Shown here: piece by piece, positions 12,741-26,632 of the stretch
How the letters are laid out: each line of letters opens with the position of its first letter
How positions within the stretch are numbered: the stretch's first letter is position 1
Assembly (NCBI RefSeq): GCF_001194135.2
Contig: NC_068994.1
Coordinates: 37,872,513 to 37,932,913, forward strand
Direction of reading: 5' to 3'
Origin: Octopus bimaculoides
Lineage: Eukaryota
DNA length: 60,401 nucleotides
Translations under genes and position numbers: made by a program
The notes under the pieces: model-generated
The model's database searches: none
Told to the model about the DNA's origin: nothing
The model's input: only the letters and a program-made list of their open reading frames with translations

Positions 12741-13957
12741 AGTGCTGAGATCAAATTATTTTAGAAAAAAATAAAAAATAAGAAAACAAATAAAAGAACC
12801 AGGTTAGTCATGGGTGGAGCAGCTTCCGTTAAAGAGGTTATCTCACTGAGGGTTGACTTGAGGCTGAGCATCAACAATAGTTCTCTTATACTATAAAATG
12901 TTCAGAAACACATAAATGTCATAACTCATTTCTCTTCCTTGACATGTTTAACCAATAAGTCTAATTATGAATTGATGGATACCTCTAGTTATTAATATGC
13001 AAATAGAATGTATAGAACACACAGACGTTGTTTGAGTCAATTTATTTTACCTGTGAATTATAAATTTTAATCATTTTGCAGTCAGCAAAATTTATCTGAA
13101 ATAGTGAAATTGTCCAAGTCAATTACCGAAATCTTGGGTTTCTAATATAATATTGATATGCATTCTTTAATTATTCTTTGTCATTTATCAAATTACAAAC
13201 TTCATTCCAGTCAGGATGTTAGCAGGAATATCAGATTTATGACACAAGCTCATAATAGGCTTGGAACGTGAAGAAAATGGTAATAAACTTTGAAAAGTTC
13301 CGAAAGAAAATTAATTAAGAGTACTATGGTTTACATTATGTAACTAAAGAAGGATGTCATTGAAGAAAACGAAGTAAAAAGGAAAAAAGTTTATAGAACA
13401 CAGTAAATTTCTTGATATCATTATTAGCATGTTTCTTTACTTAGAAACCAAATCTTATACTGTTTATTCCAACAGTAGACTATCGTATTTGTTCACTACA
13501 ACAACAGCTGTTTTAACTAGTAACTTTCTTCTTCTGATCCAGCAATCGGCTGTCTCTCAAGTGTAACACATTTGCAATCTAAGTATGCTGTTTAATATAG
13601 AATTCCAAATTGGTAAGAATGATAACACTTGCCAATACACACAAGAAATGAATTCAGCTGTTGGACTCTCACACCAAATAAATTATTCTATTCAGACACT
13701 TCTGTAAATAATTCACAATTACATGTAATTGCTGTTTCTATTTCTTCACTGTGATTTCACTATTTTCTGACAATTTCCAAGAAACTTCACTATAATCCTT
13801 CTCTTCTGAGACAATTCCCATTGAATATAGCACAGAAGAAGTATATAAACAACACTAAATTTGACTGCAGAATTCAATAGCAGTTATAATAACACTGCTA
13901 ACTGGCCCATGGCTGTCTTTAGAGGAGTCCACTGTCACAAACATATGAGCCAAAAAT

Positions 13958-13999
13958 CTAATTCGAGGACAATTTCTCATAGGCATTGCCTTTCTTTCT
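13958..13999 (-). CDS. Candidate terminal coding exon RKKGNAYEKLSSN* (phase 0), followed by a repeat-poor putative 3' UTR to about 13.0 kb
   Basis: Acceptor ttttattttttattcag|. Basic residues plus a YxxL motif resemble a cytoplasmic sorting tail. Minus-strand AATAAA at 13463-13468 and 13041-13046. Other phases give KERQCL* or a 47-aa peptide, so the frame is not fixed. Confidence 0.35.
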   Translation of the reverse strand, partial: RKKGNAYEKLSSN

Positions 14000-14019
14000 C
14001 TGAATAAAAAATAAAAATA

Positions 14020-15700
14020 ATGGTTCAGATTTTTGGCACAATGCCAACAAATTTAGCTGCAGCAGGTAAGTCAATTCCATTGACCTCAGTGATTAACTGG
14101 TATTTTTTATTTCATCGACCCTGAAAGGATGAAAGATATAGTCAATCTGGATAGAATTTGAACTCAAAACATAAAGCCAAAAGAAATGTCACTAAGTAAT
14201 TTTATCTGCTATACTTACACATACAAAAATAAGGCTGTCAAAAATTCATTGAAATTATTATTAAAAGTTGTAGCATCTAAGGTGGTGAACTAGCAGAATT
14301 GCTTGCACATCAAGTAAAATGCTTAGCAGCAATTTGTCTGCCTTTGCATTCCGGGTTCAAGTGCTGCTGGAGTCAGCTTTGCTTTTCACCTTTTCAGGGT
14401 TAATAAAATAAGTACCAGTTGAGAGATGGGCTCGATGTTATCAACTTACTCCCACCCTTGAACTTTCTAGCCTTGTGCCAAAATTTGAGATCAACATTTG
14501 TAACATCTAAGGTGGCAAACTGACAGAATCATTAACAAGCTGGGTAAAATGCTTAGCAGTACTTATCCATCATTGTGTTCTGAGTTCAAATGCCGCCAGA
14601 GTCGACTTTGCCTTTCATCCCTTCCAGGGTTGATAAAATAACTACCAGTTGAGTACTGGAGTTGGTGTTATCAACTTATCTCCTCACCCGATATTACTGG
14701 TCTTTTCCACAAAGTGAAACCAACCAGGACAGACAAAGGGATTAAGTCGATTACATTGACCCCAGTGTGTAACTGGTACTTATTTAATTGACCCTGAAAG
14801 GATGAATGGCAAAGTTGACCTCGGTGGAATTTGAACTTTGGATATAACGGCAGATGAAATACCGCTAAGCATTTCGCCCAGCGTGCTAACGATTCTGCCA
14901 GTTCACCGCCTTGTGAAACCAGTATTTGTAGCTCTTTCTTAACAATTATTTCTAACATTGGTGAAAGATAAGTTATTTTGTAGGACAGGAGTAGCTGATT
15001 ATATTACTTCTAATACTTGATTGGTACTCTGTTTTTTCTACCTCAGTAGCATGAAAAGTAAAGCTTACCTCAGCGAGATTTGAACAAAGAAATTAAAGAA
15101 CCAGAATAAATATGTAGAGGTATTTTGCTTAATGCTCTTACAATTCTCCCAATCCACCAACTTTACTATTTTTTTTTAAATAATTTCCATTTTTAACACT
15201 GGCACAAAATTTGGTGAGGTGGGATACTGTCAAATGAATTGATCTCAGTACCTGGAAGGGTGAAAGGTAGAGTTATTAACTGTGACCAGTTTTGGACTCA
15301 AAACTTCAAGACAACTAAAAACTGAGATTTTTTTTTTACCTAAATCTCTAAAGATTTCTTAAATGATTGGACACAAAGTGCCACAAAATTTAGGGAAAAG
15401 TATAATCAATTAAATTAGTTCTAGTAATTGATTTCAAATTTTGGCACAAGACCAGTAATTTCTGTGAATGGAGGTAAGTTGATTGCATCGACTCCAGTGA
15501 TCAACTGGTACTTATTTTATCGAACCCAAAAGGATGAAAGGCAAAGTCAACCTCAGTGGAATTTGAACTCGGATCACAAAGTTAGATGAAATGCCACCAA
15601 GCAGTTTTCCTGGTGTACTAATGAATCTGGCAGCTTGCAGCTTTATTTAGTACCAGTAATTAACAGTTACTTTATTTTATCAACCCCACAAGGACAAACG
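14020..15700. mobile_element. Dense cluster of about 8 SINE family A copies in both orientations
   Basis: (-)14020-14220, (+)14280-14490, (+)14510-14700, (-)14715-14915, (-)14960-15170, (-)15190-15310, (-)15430-15640, plus a fragment near 15650. Confidence 0.9.
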
Positions 15701-16951
15701 ACAATGGTTATGAAGATGTAAAACATGCAGAAATGTACATACATTACTGAAATACAGTGTTGCAGATTATAATGTAAATTTAATGACTGCATTATAAAAT
15801 TATTTAAAAATTATATTTCAATTACAGCAAGGACAGAACATTTGTAGCAGACAGAAGTAGTGTATCAGTATATTAGCAACACACCATTGGTTACATAGGT
15901 GTTTGTTGTTGCTATTGTTGTTGTTGTTGATGATGATGATGATGATGGTGATGACGACGACGACGATGATGATGATGTTATTGTGATTGTTGACTTGATT
16001 CAAGCCAGCACTGACTGATAAGGCCCTATGATCAACAATATTCCAGCAATGACAATGTCATTTTTGTTTAAAAGAATAATGTATTCAGGACTACATTGTC
16101 TTGGATAAACTTATCCACATCACTTTTTAATATTGCGCAGTGTGATTTATAACAGATTTGACTACTATTTCTAGTAGGCTGAATCGCCACATGTAGCAGG
16201 AGTGGGAAATCTTTTACATACAGGGGTGAATTTGCAAATATCTGTGTGTGTGTGTGTGTATGTTTTAGGGTGCATTTTGGTAAGAAAATAACGAACCTTT
16301 AATTTCACAAATTTGTAGATATGGAACTTTTATTAAATTACTGCTTTGGTCCTGAAGCTTAAACCAGTTTTATTTTTTCAAATTTTTTTTCAAAGGAATT
16401 GCAAGAAGAAAAGCATTATTACCTTCTTCTAGATAGAGTAACAAATTTGATAGCTCCATTATACAAAATGTAANNNNNNNNNNAAAAAAAAAAAAAAAAA
16501 AATTGCCATTGGAAAAATATAAGGATCAAAGAAAAGACAATGTCTGAATTCTTTGCTTTTTATTTTTCTCTTTGATAATTACATTTTGTACATCTGTGAA
16601 GTGAAGTGGAACTGTATTTTAATCACCATTGGAAACAATTCACAAAGAACAAGACTTAAGGAAATACATTGTATCTGTTGAAGTAATTGGAAAAATATAC
16701 ATACATACATACATATATATACATACACACACACACACATATATATATATATATTATGTATGTGTTTCTATGTATATCTATGTACAAGTATATATGCATG
16801 TTTGTATTTTATATATATATATATATGTATGTATTACACAGATAATTGTAATTAAATATATTTTTGGAGGGTATTTTGCTTAATTCACAGACATTTCACA
16901 CATATTATTGATATTTTCTTCATTTCTTTTCTTTTCTCTCTCTCCCTTGCT

Positions 16952-16989
<38 letters not shown>

Positions 16990-17388
16990 TAAACGGAACT
17001 TCATTATAATTAAGCTTATGACACCAACGTAAAGGTAACAATATTGGTGGTCCATAAAACGTAACAGTAATGACTGCAGCTCATTTTTTTAAAGACTCTA
17101 CTTTCATTTTCAGTTTGTTTAGAATGCGGAATGAAACGAAAGCACTTCAGTGCTGTGTGCCATCTCTATTTGGTTTCAGTTTCACTTGAGAGGACACTGG
17201 AAGAGAATTTCTTCTGCAATAATTATCCAACTTAATCAGTTTTTATGAGACTTTTCCTTTTTCTTTTCTTTTCTTTCCTTTCTTTTTTTTTTTCTTGTTG
17301 CCACAAAAAGGAACCTTTGACAATTTTGTGTTTCTTTTTCTAACTTCGTCAAAATGGATTTAAGCTTGGTTGAAATTATCTTTTGTTC

Positions 17389-17424
<36 letters not shown>

Positions 17425-18495
17425 CTTTTATTGTTGCATTCCTGTTTAGTTTTTATGGAATTTTTTTTGCCTTATTGTTTGTATGATTGCTTTCATTTTC
17501 ATGGTAGTTTTGATGAGATTCTTGTATTTTATGGTATTGTATTTTTTTGTCTGGTTTTTGTTGTTTACTGTTTTGTTATTTAAGTCTTTGTGTGATGTGA
17601 AGTGATATGTGTTTTCTGTGCGTGTGCATATGTGTATGTGTGTGTGTGTGGGGGGGTGGGGGTGTATTCCATTTATTTGCTAGTTGCTAGCCGTAGTAAT
17701 ACTAGAAGTGGTGGCTATTCTTCTTGTGTTTTTCTTTCTCTTCATTCCTGCTGTTTCAAATTATGGTTGATGTTGTATTTATGATTATAGAGAGAAATTA
17801 TTTTTCTGAAAGTGAAAAACATTTAATGCTGCTGCTGTTAATGATTTTTGTATGTATTTTTGTGAAGGCTGTAAAACGTTTGGTAATCTCTCACCATAAT
17901 GTAGAAAGTAAATCCCTTGTGAGCTGAGTCTACAACCTAATTTTGATTTTCAGTTTTAACTACTTCACATCACTTATGCCTGCAAATACTTTTGAGAATG
18001 ACTTGGACAACACAGCTTTTACTTCCTTCACCTCGTTCTGAACTCTGAAGAACCTTTGGCTTCAGACCTATATTGGAAGTCAACAGACAGGGCCACAACA
18101 CTGCATGCTAGATTAACTAAGTGATTGCCTGGGGTAATAAAATCAAAGGTACCACAAATAACCTACACAAAATTTCTTTATCCAATTAAAACCTTGAGAA
18201 CTTACTAATAAAGATAGCAATTGAAGTCACTCCCCCCACCCCCAAACAGAATGGAGGTCATAGTCGAGAGGCGTGTGTGATGTTATGATCTGTCACATGA
18301 TTTGTTGTAAAACATTTCAAATTTTGACTGAATTCTCTCAGAGATATGCATGAACATAAAACTATAGAACTCTTGTTTCCAAGTTAATTATAATTTTCTG
18401 ATTGAATTTTTCAGCTGATGTAACGAGGCTGGAATACATTGTTAAAAAAAGATCAGAGAATGGATTCCAATTGTAAAAGTGGGAGAAAGGAAATG

Positions 18496-19023
18496 CTGGG
18501 TACCTTAGCAATATTATGGGTCTCTAGGTAAATCAGTCCACTGGGTTTTATTGTATTTATATATTGACAGCAAGCCACAGTATAAATAGATCAGAATTGG
18601 ATCCCTAGACCCATTAGGGCCTCAGGCAAATTGAGGCACTGGGCCCAATAGAATCTATTCATTGGCAGCAAGCCATAACATACATAGTGGAGGCTTAGTG
18701 GTTAGGGTGTTGGACTCATGATCATAAGATTGTGGTTTTGACTCCTGGATTGGGCAGCGCATTGTGTTCTTGAGCAAGACACTTCATTTCACTTTGCTCC
18801 AGTCCACTCAGCTGGCAAAAATGAGTAATCCTGTGATGGACCAGCATACCATCCAAATTAGGAATATATGTGCTATGAAACCAGAAATCTGGCCCATATG
18901 AATTGGCATGACTTAAGAAATTAACTTTACCTAACTTTCTTTTACAGCATATATAGATCAGGTTTCTTAGACCCATGACGCTCTAAAACAACTGCCCATT
19001 GTGCAATTCCTTAAGGTGGCACT
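18496..19023. mobile_element. Decayed hAT-like MITE interrupted by a SINE
   Basis: Right end ...ccttaaggtggcactg. GGGCCC-rich subterminal motifs as in 27775-27931. Left TIR is heavily degraded. Confidence 0.35.
18685..18915 (+). mobile_element. tRNA-derived SINE family D
   Basis: A-box-like ggcttagtggttaggg, B-box-like region, ttcttgagcaagacacttcatttcac block. Copies at 49160 and 51890. Confidence 0.85.
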
Positions 19024-19229
19024 GAGGAAGTGCATCTTATATGGTTGACCTAGGGTGTTGAATACTCTGGTAATAGCTCTGTTAACTGGCAAATACTCCT
19101 TGGTACGTTTTAATCTGTAGGCATGACAAAAGAATCATAACAAGCTGTTCTTTATAGGGATATCACAAAAAAAAGTTAATACAAACAAAGCCTGGAAACA
19201 GGCGCAGCTTCTAAACGTATACATGTGGT

Positions 19230-19700
19230 ACTCTTTTGATTGTTTCAGTCATTGGACTGTGGCCATGCTGGGGCATCACTTTGAAGGATTTAATAAAAAA
19301 TGTCAACACCAGTTCTTATTACCAAGTCTGATACTTATTCTATCAGTCAATTTTGTCAAAACCTCTAAATAATAGAGACATAGGCAAACTATGACCTGCT
19401 GTCAAGTGATGGTGGAGGACAAACACATACACATACATTTATAAATACCCTCACATGCCCAAATGTACATACACACAACAGATATACACACTTGCACAGG
19501 TGCACATGCACATGCACACACACACATATACAACAGGCTTTCGCTCAGTTTCTGCATATCAAATTCACTCACAAGACGTTGGTTGGCCAGGGGCTATAGT
19601 CGAAATCATGTGCTCAAGGTATTACACTGTGGGACTGAAACCCAAACCACATGGTTACAAAATGAACTTTTTAACCACTCAGCCATGCTTGCACCTATAC
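19230..19700 (-). mobile_element. SINE family B, near full length with internal (CA)n
   Basis: Head, CORE-like block, microsatellite and tail are all present in reverse orientation. Confidence 0.85.
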
Positions 19701-20094
19701 TCTATCATGTTTCCATTGCCATGCCTGAGTACAACTAATTTGTTGGGTGTGAGAATTAATGGGACTGGTGTTAACATTGTTTTTGTTATTGCTATTTTTT
19801 CATAAGCATAATTCAAGCAGTTTTGATTCTCTTTGAATTGGGATTATCTTTTTAAAAAAAGCATAATCATCACACAGTAACAAATTTAACCCAGCAGCAT
19901 ATACAATGCTTTCGCTAATTGTTTTAGCTTACTATGTATGTAAAAGCTGACATAGACATCCACTTGATTGTGCCATACTTGAATCAGTGGGACACCAAGG
20001 ATGTGTTGACTGAAAGGAGACAGGGCTACACTTGGCACTTGCCTGGTGCTTATTTTCAGCCGGGAAATGTGTATAGTTCTGTGTATGCATGTGC

Positions 20095-20300
20095 AGGGGT
20101 GTGTGTGTGTGTTTGTATGTGTGTATGTTTGTGTGTGTGTGTTTGTGTGTGTGTGTTGTATGTGTGTTTGTGAGTGTGTGTGTTTTATGTGTGTGTGTTT
20201 GTATGTGTGTGTTTGTATATGTGTGTGTGTTTGTGTGTGCGTGCATGTGTTTGTGAGTGTGTGTATGTGTGGTTGTTTGTGTGTGTGTGTGTGTGTGTGT
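20095..20300. repeat. Long imperfect (TG)n
   Basis: Direct reading. Confidence 0.95.
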
Positions 20301-21524
20301 TTGCCTCCAGTGCCAACAAGTACTGTCACCAAAACAGGTTGAATGTCCAATCAGCCATACCAAATCTTCAGCAGGCAAATAGCTGCTCCAAATTGTTTTG
20401 ATTCCAAAGGAGTGTCTGTGCAACTCAGATAGTAAGTAAAATACCATAAGGTATTCTTTTCCATTTTTTCACCAATCTATAGATTTATTACTGTTACACA
20501 TGAGTGAAAGTTGTATGCAACAAACCGTATGCACAAAAGAGCCCTCTGAATAATTTCCTTCTGTCAAATTTCATTCAAGAGGTATTGGTTAACCAAAAGC
20601 AGTGGTAAAAGATACTTGCCCAAGGTGCAATGAAGCTGAACAGAACCCAGAACCACATGGTAGCAAAGAAAACTTCTGAACAACACAATCATGCTTCACC
20701 CACATGAATTTGTTTTACTGTTGATTTTAATTTTAAATTCCGGTAAATAAATATTTCATAAATTCTAATTCTACAGAGAAATTTCCTTTGCATCTGCTGA
20801 GAAATTAGTTGTATGGTCACTACTTTGGATTCATGACTTTGCAATTCAATTTTACTCATGAATTTTAAACCTCGCCCTCATCACAATGTATGAATATTGA
20901 TACTTCTTCAAATTTGTAACATTTCATGTGGTTTTTTTTTCTCTCTCCTGTAGATGTGTTGATAAACTACACAAGTGAGTTAGGAGTGATTAGATACCAC
21001 TGGAAAAGGTATAAAAGTCAAATCATCTTATTCTTCCCTTTCTTGATAAATGTGAACTTTAGAGGAGCCAATAGTGGTTTTCTCTGTGGTGGCTCAATCT
21101 TCCAGAAATAGTGGCTGAATTTCTTCCAATCACATCTTGCAAACAATATTACTCTTGCTTAATGCTCTACTGAACACCTGGATGTTTTATTTTTGGAAAC
21201 TGCTGCACCTTTAATGGGGAACAAAGGCATTAATGTTATTTGATGAAACAAACATGAAATCAAAAACTTACTAAAGCTAATAGAGAACAAAGACTCCTGG
21301 CACAGCGTTGTGAAACACTTCTCTTTTGTGACCACTTCAAGAAGACAACCTACCGTCTTAAAAATTAATGACACTTTGGCTAAACTAGACATAGGCATTC
21401 ACAATGACGGAACGGTCACTGCTGAAGTAACTTTGATCATCGTATATCTGCTTAATTAGAGTTGACTTTGAACTGAACAACAATAACAACAAGATGAGCT
21501 CCAATAATTATGTTAGAAATCCAC

Positions 21525-21700
21525 AGGTCAGATATTGCTCTGTGGTTAAGAAGCCCATTCTGCAACGATGGTTTTTGGTTCAACCACACTGCACAGTACC
21601 TTGGGCAAGTGTTTTTTTCTCATAGGTATGGGTCAACCAATACCTTGTGAGTGAATATGGTAGATGGGAATTGCATGGAAGCTCATTATATATATATATA
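21525..21700 (+). mobile_element. SINE family B
   Basis: gctctgtggttaagaag...ccttgggcaagtg...ccttgtgagtgaatatggtaga. Confidence 0.8.
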
Positions 21701-21758
21701 TTCTTTTATTCTTTTACTTGTTTCAGCCATGCAGCTGTGATCATACTGGAGCACCACC

Positions 21759-21793
<35 letters not shown>

Positions 21794-22056
21794 TGTGTGC
21801 TTTTGTGTCTGTGTTTATCCTTACCAACATCCAACAAACAGTGCAGTGGTTAGTTTGTTTATGTTCCCTCAATATTGCAGCTCAATAAAAAAACAAAACA
21901 AAAACAATTGAATAAGTACCATACTTGAAAAGTAGTACAGGGGTTATTTGTTCAACTAAAACTTTTCAAGGCACCACCCCAGCATGGCTGCGGTCCAGTC
22001 ACTGAAACTAGCAAAACATAAAAGATATGAGATATGCAAAAGTATACAAAAATTAC

Positions 22057-22131
22057 TTGTCATGGGATGGAATGGTTTCCAGGTCTTTGATTTGGCCCCC
22101 TCCACATTATCAGCTTCTGAAATGAGCATTC
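22057..22131 (-). CDS. Candidate internal exon, phase 1-1: (G)MLISEADNVEGAKSKTWKPFHPMT
   Basis: Acceptor tatattttttttag|, donor ACAA|gtaatt, 75 nt, only one open frame. Confidence 0.35.
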
Positions 22132-24914
22132 CTAAAAAAAATATAAATTGCTTGTTGCCAAGAAGTAATCAAATTACAGGATTCTACCACTGGAAAAGCA
22201 TGGGTTTTGTCTTCTATGTGTAGTAGCCAAATTACCATCCACGCCTTTTCTTAAATGTAACACAACTCCAACAACAGTAACAGCAAACACATGTGGTCAC
22301 CCTCTGCATTTCACACAGTCTACACCCACTCAAACCTTACCACCAGATTCTACATTTTGTGTCTAAAACATTAAAAATTAGTCTAGCTCTATAAACTGCA
22401 GATACACCAAAATATTTTATTCCATTAATGTCTGTTTTATAAACAAATTTCAGTATTCATAAGAATTCAGCTGATTTTCTTTTAACTAGTTTTATCTTAA
22501 TTTTCTTCAATCAGTCAAATTATCATAATTATTCACTGAGATGAAAAGGTAAATGTTTAGATATGCATTAAAAAAAAACACACATACACAACAGGTTTCA
22601 CAGTAGCTAAAATTGGTCAAGTTTTATTTGAAAATTAATAGAAGTTTCATTGTCAGTTTATCTAAACAATTTATATGAAAAAAAATATTATAATTTTATA
22701 GTTACCATTTAATGAAATTGTTTCTTATTGAAATCTGCTATGAGATGAGTTGGAAAGATAATTTTAAAAATTGATAATTAAAAAAAAAAAAAAAACGGAA
22801 TTGAAATCTCACACAAGAGAGGAACATACTTTCATATTTACACAGTTTGTGTGTGTTTTATAATTAATTACCCTATTTATAAATGTAGAATACTGTCACT
22901 TAAAAAAGGCATTTTGTTAATAAAATAAATAATTAAACTACTAATAAAATAGCAAATTTATGTTTATCTTATTATAATGTTCAGTGCATACTGCTTCAGT
23001 ACCCATGGTATGCAACTGATGATGGAGTAATATAGCTGAGAAAAAAATGCATTGATTATGAAAGAAAAATAATATGGAGAAAGTAAAACAAAAACAAAAA
23101 GCAAAATAACTTCCAGTGGGATAAATCATTAGAACAACCGTCAAAATTTAGCATAAAAAAACTAAAATAAATGTTTGCAAACAGAAGCAAACATGCATTT
23201 CTGATCATTCAACTAAAGCAACAAAATTGTCCATTTGGGAATTTGATAACAAACAATTTATAAAGAACTAAAATCAATTAAGCAATGTTGCAAAATTGCT
23301 CATTTTCTCTACAGCTGAATGACGATACCCTTGGGTGTAATAAGAAGATAAAGGAGGAAAAGATATCTTTCAACTCCTTACTCTTTTATCTTATAACCTA
23401 AATTTCTCAGTAATGTTTTTTTTTATTTATTTCATTTTTTTAATTATTTTTTTCTTCTTCTCTGATTGGACGCTAAAGGATCTAATTTGACTTTTGGCTA
23501 CTGAAGTATTCACAAGTGATTACTTCTCCAAGTATATGAAGTTCAAACTGAAAGTTGCAAACGATGAATAAAAATAAGAAACTGCTTTTTATGATGCGCG
23601 CTCTGAGTGAGCAATCATAAATCAATAGATGCATAATAGACTTCATGATGGATGTGAATGTCATACTGGCCATAGTAGATGCAAATGTTATTGACTGCAT
23701 GGCAGATGTATTTATGTATAATTGAGGAAAGATAGTAATGACTGGCACAGCTTATGGGAAGAATTTGAATATCAAAAATAACCTGGTAAAGAATGATAAA
23801 GAATGGTAAAGATTTACAATGGCGGCAAACAATATGATCACAATGGTTTATCTAAAACAGAGACTTTGTGGATAATATGGAAATATGGGTAAATTTCATT
23901 AACACTACAATTTTCTTGGGAGATGTAGTAACTTTTTATATATTACAAGACATAGCATAAAATATCCAGCATAAATGACATACATACATCCAATTAGTAC
24001 TAAGCAGGAAAGAATGAACACTAAATGTAGAATGATTTCGATGAGAGAATTATGGTGGTGGTTGTGATGATGATGGTGGTGGTGGTGGTAATAACAGCAG
24101 TAGTGGTGGCAGCAGTAGCAGCTGCAGCAGCAGTGGCAGTAATAACTGTAGTAACAATACAGGTAATAATGTTGGTGATACTAATGACAGACAATAATCA
24201 TGAGGATGACAATGAATTTAAAAGGAAGAAGATGCTTATAAAGATAGGTAGGAGGAGGGGGAGGAATAGTATAAGAAGAAGGAAGATGTTGGCGACCTAC
24301 GTTCAAATGTAGATGATATAGCTAAGCTTAGTTGCATTATCTAAATACAGAGGAATCACAATGAAGCTATTCAAATTTAAATGAGATTACAGTGAAATTT
24401 TGAAGTACATTGAAGTAGTTTATATGTCAATATTTAGAGAGAATGAAAATTCAAGCAACATGAGTTGAGATTCAATTACCATAGAAATATTCCTGAACTA
24501 TGGTTTAGCATGTCACTAAATTAATTTGATATTCTTAAGTTTGGGTCTTCCTTGTTATACATAAGACTGAACTTTTATTTTTCATCATTTATCTCTGGAA
24601 CATCTCTGTATATTTAAAGCTGTTAAATTAAGTGAATTATTGAAGCAGCTTGTGAATGGAAAGAAAAGAAAAGGAGTATTAACATCTACTTGAAAATTTT
24701 CTTTTTCCTTTTTTCAGAAGTGTTCATATCTAAATACATGTGTCTACACAATGGTTTTTGTATGTAGATGTCAGTGTAGGTATGGTTGTGTAAGCAATTT
24801 TAATACCGACCTATCTGAGATTGTCTTTGATTCTGAAATACATATTAAGCAATAAATCTCAAGGTATTTACATTTAGATTTAAACATTTCATCGATATTT
24901 TGCATATGAATAAG

Positions 24915-25125
24915 GCAGCAAGCTGGTAGAATTGTTAGCACACCAGGCAAAATGCTTAGTGGCATTTTATCCATCTTTGCACTCCGAGTTCAATTTCAGC
25001 CAAGATCAATTTTGCCTTTCATCCTTTCAGGGTTGAAAAAATAAGTAATAGTTAAGAAATGGGATCAATGTAATAGATTTACCCCTTGTCAAAAATTGCT
25101 GGCTTTAAGCCAAGATTTGACACCA
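24915..25125 (+). mobile_element. SINE family A
   Basis: Full motif set present. Confidence 0.9.
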
Positions 25126-25454
25126 ATATTTTGCATACAAGTCTTGTGTTCTAAATACCAGTGTAATGATAAAGAAGTTACGTATTTTAGAAAATACTCG
25201 AAAATACCATCAAAATAATTGATTATTTAAAAAATTAATTGAAGCCTATTAGCAGCACTTCCTAAGACATGTGATCACAGGTTAGACAAGTTCACTAAGT
25301 GGATTCAGGTCTGAGCCCACACTGTGGTACCTTCAGTAAATGTATTGCATCATAGATTCAGATTGAACAAAACCTTGTGAGTGAAATATCGCAGGCAGAA
25401 ACCAGTGAAAGAGACCTTGCTTGATTTGGTGTGTTAGACTAAATTTAGTCTGAG

Positions 25455-25685
25455 TTTGGTACCCTTTTGATACCAAACCATTTGATACTACCACTGGTTC
25501 TATAATACAAGCTTCATGATTTAAAGAGATCTGCATTAAAACTTTCCATCAAAATGTCGTGTTTATTTATATTCCAAACACCAGTTTAATAACTACAGTT
25601 ATTTTGACTAAATTATTCATTGTTTTCAAAATTAACCATAACACACAAAGTGTATTTGAACAGGAATATGGTAACTAAAGGGTTA
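25455..25685. mobile_element. TTAA-type MITE family 2 (ends ...ggtaactaaagggttaa); further copies at 38500-38765 and inverted at 38865-39050
   Basis: Shared internal cttcatgatttaaag...catcaaaat...ccagtttaa... and AAAGGG-TTAA terminus. Confidence 0.6.
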
Positions 25686-25796
25686 ACAAGATCAAAACTA
25701 TTAGCTGGCATTTGGACACTTTTAGCAGAGTCCAATCTGTTGCAAAATATTTGGTCAAACCTCTGGTCAGAGGATAACTTTCTTGTTTATACATAC

Positions 25797-25850
25797 CTGT
25801 CTTGAAGTTCCTGAAAGGGGTCACAAGTGACGTCTTTCTTCTTCTTCTGA
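25797..25850 (-). CDS. Candidate internal exon (54 nt): RRRRKTSLVTPFRNFKT (phase 1-1) or QKKKKDVTCDPFQELQD (phase 2-2)
   Basis: Strong acceptor tttcttttttttag| and donor ACAG|gtatgt. Length is a multiple of 3, in unique sequence. Confidence 0.5.
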
Positions 25851-26503
25851 CTAAAAAAAGAAATTCTATAATCACCACATAAAATCACAATTTACATTCT
25901 TACATCTTCCTAGTCTTTGACTCAATAATTCCATCAGCCATTTTTCCAATCTATTCCAATTTCATTTGACACATTAAAGACTAAATCTACAATATTTATC
26001 TTTACTTCTAATCTTTTTTCTAAATCTCTGCTCAGACTTAATGAGGATTTTATAATTCTGTCGACATCCTTCAGTTACGAATGAACCATTTATCTGATTA
26101 TTAGCTCTGATCTGTCAAGATTTTTCTCTCATCTCGTCACTGTGTTTACATCTTTGCAGCTTGCACTAATTCCGTTCTGTTTTCCTTTTTATTTACACTA
26201 AAATCTGTGAATCATCAGCTTCAAATAGATCTTACTGCTATTTCACCGATTCTATCAATTCTGAAGGATCTATTATCTTAGATTTGCCCAAGAACTTTAA
26301 AAATAAAAACTTGGGAATGTCATTATAGCTTTGTTAAAATAACAACAACAACAACAACAATGACGACGACGACGACGACGACGATGATGATGATGATGAT
26401 GATACAAAACTATGTCCCATGCTTTGTTATTTTTCACTTCAAGATGCTACTACATTGATTTGCTGGCTCCACACAGACACCAGCACATACTGTAGAGAAA
26501 TAT

Positions 26504-26567
<64 letters not shown>

Positions 26568-26594
26568 NNNNNNNNNNNNNNNNNNNNNNNNNNN

Positions 26595-26632
<38 letters not shown>

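Noticed and set aside
16474-17010. Poly(A)/poly(T) tracts as a processed pseudogene or retrocopy
   Set aside because: No TSD or ORF is associated, and one tract abuts an assembly gap.
20311-20431. Plus-strand exon candidate after (TG)n
   Set aside because: Stops in all three frames.
20995-22198. Repeated 14-mer taccactggaaaag (20995 and 22185)
   Set aside because: A few 14-bp matches are expected by chance in 60 kb, and the flanks do not align.
22180-22366. Plus-strand terminal exon ending ...TLPPDSTFCV* (PDZ-like end)
   Set aside because: Weak acceptor, no supported upstream plus-strand gene, and it abuts a better minus-strand candidate.
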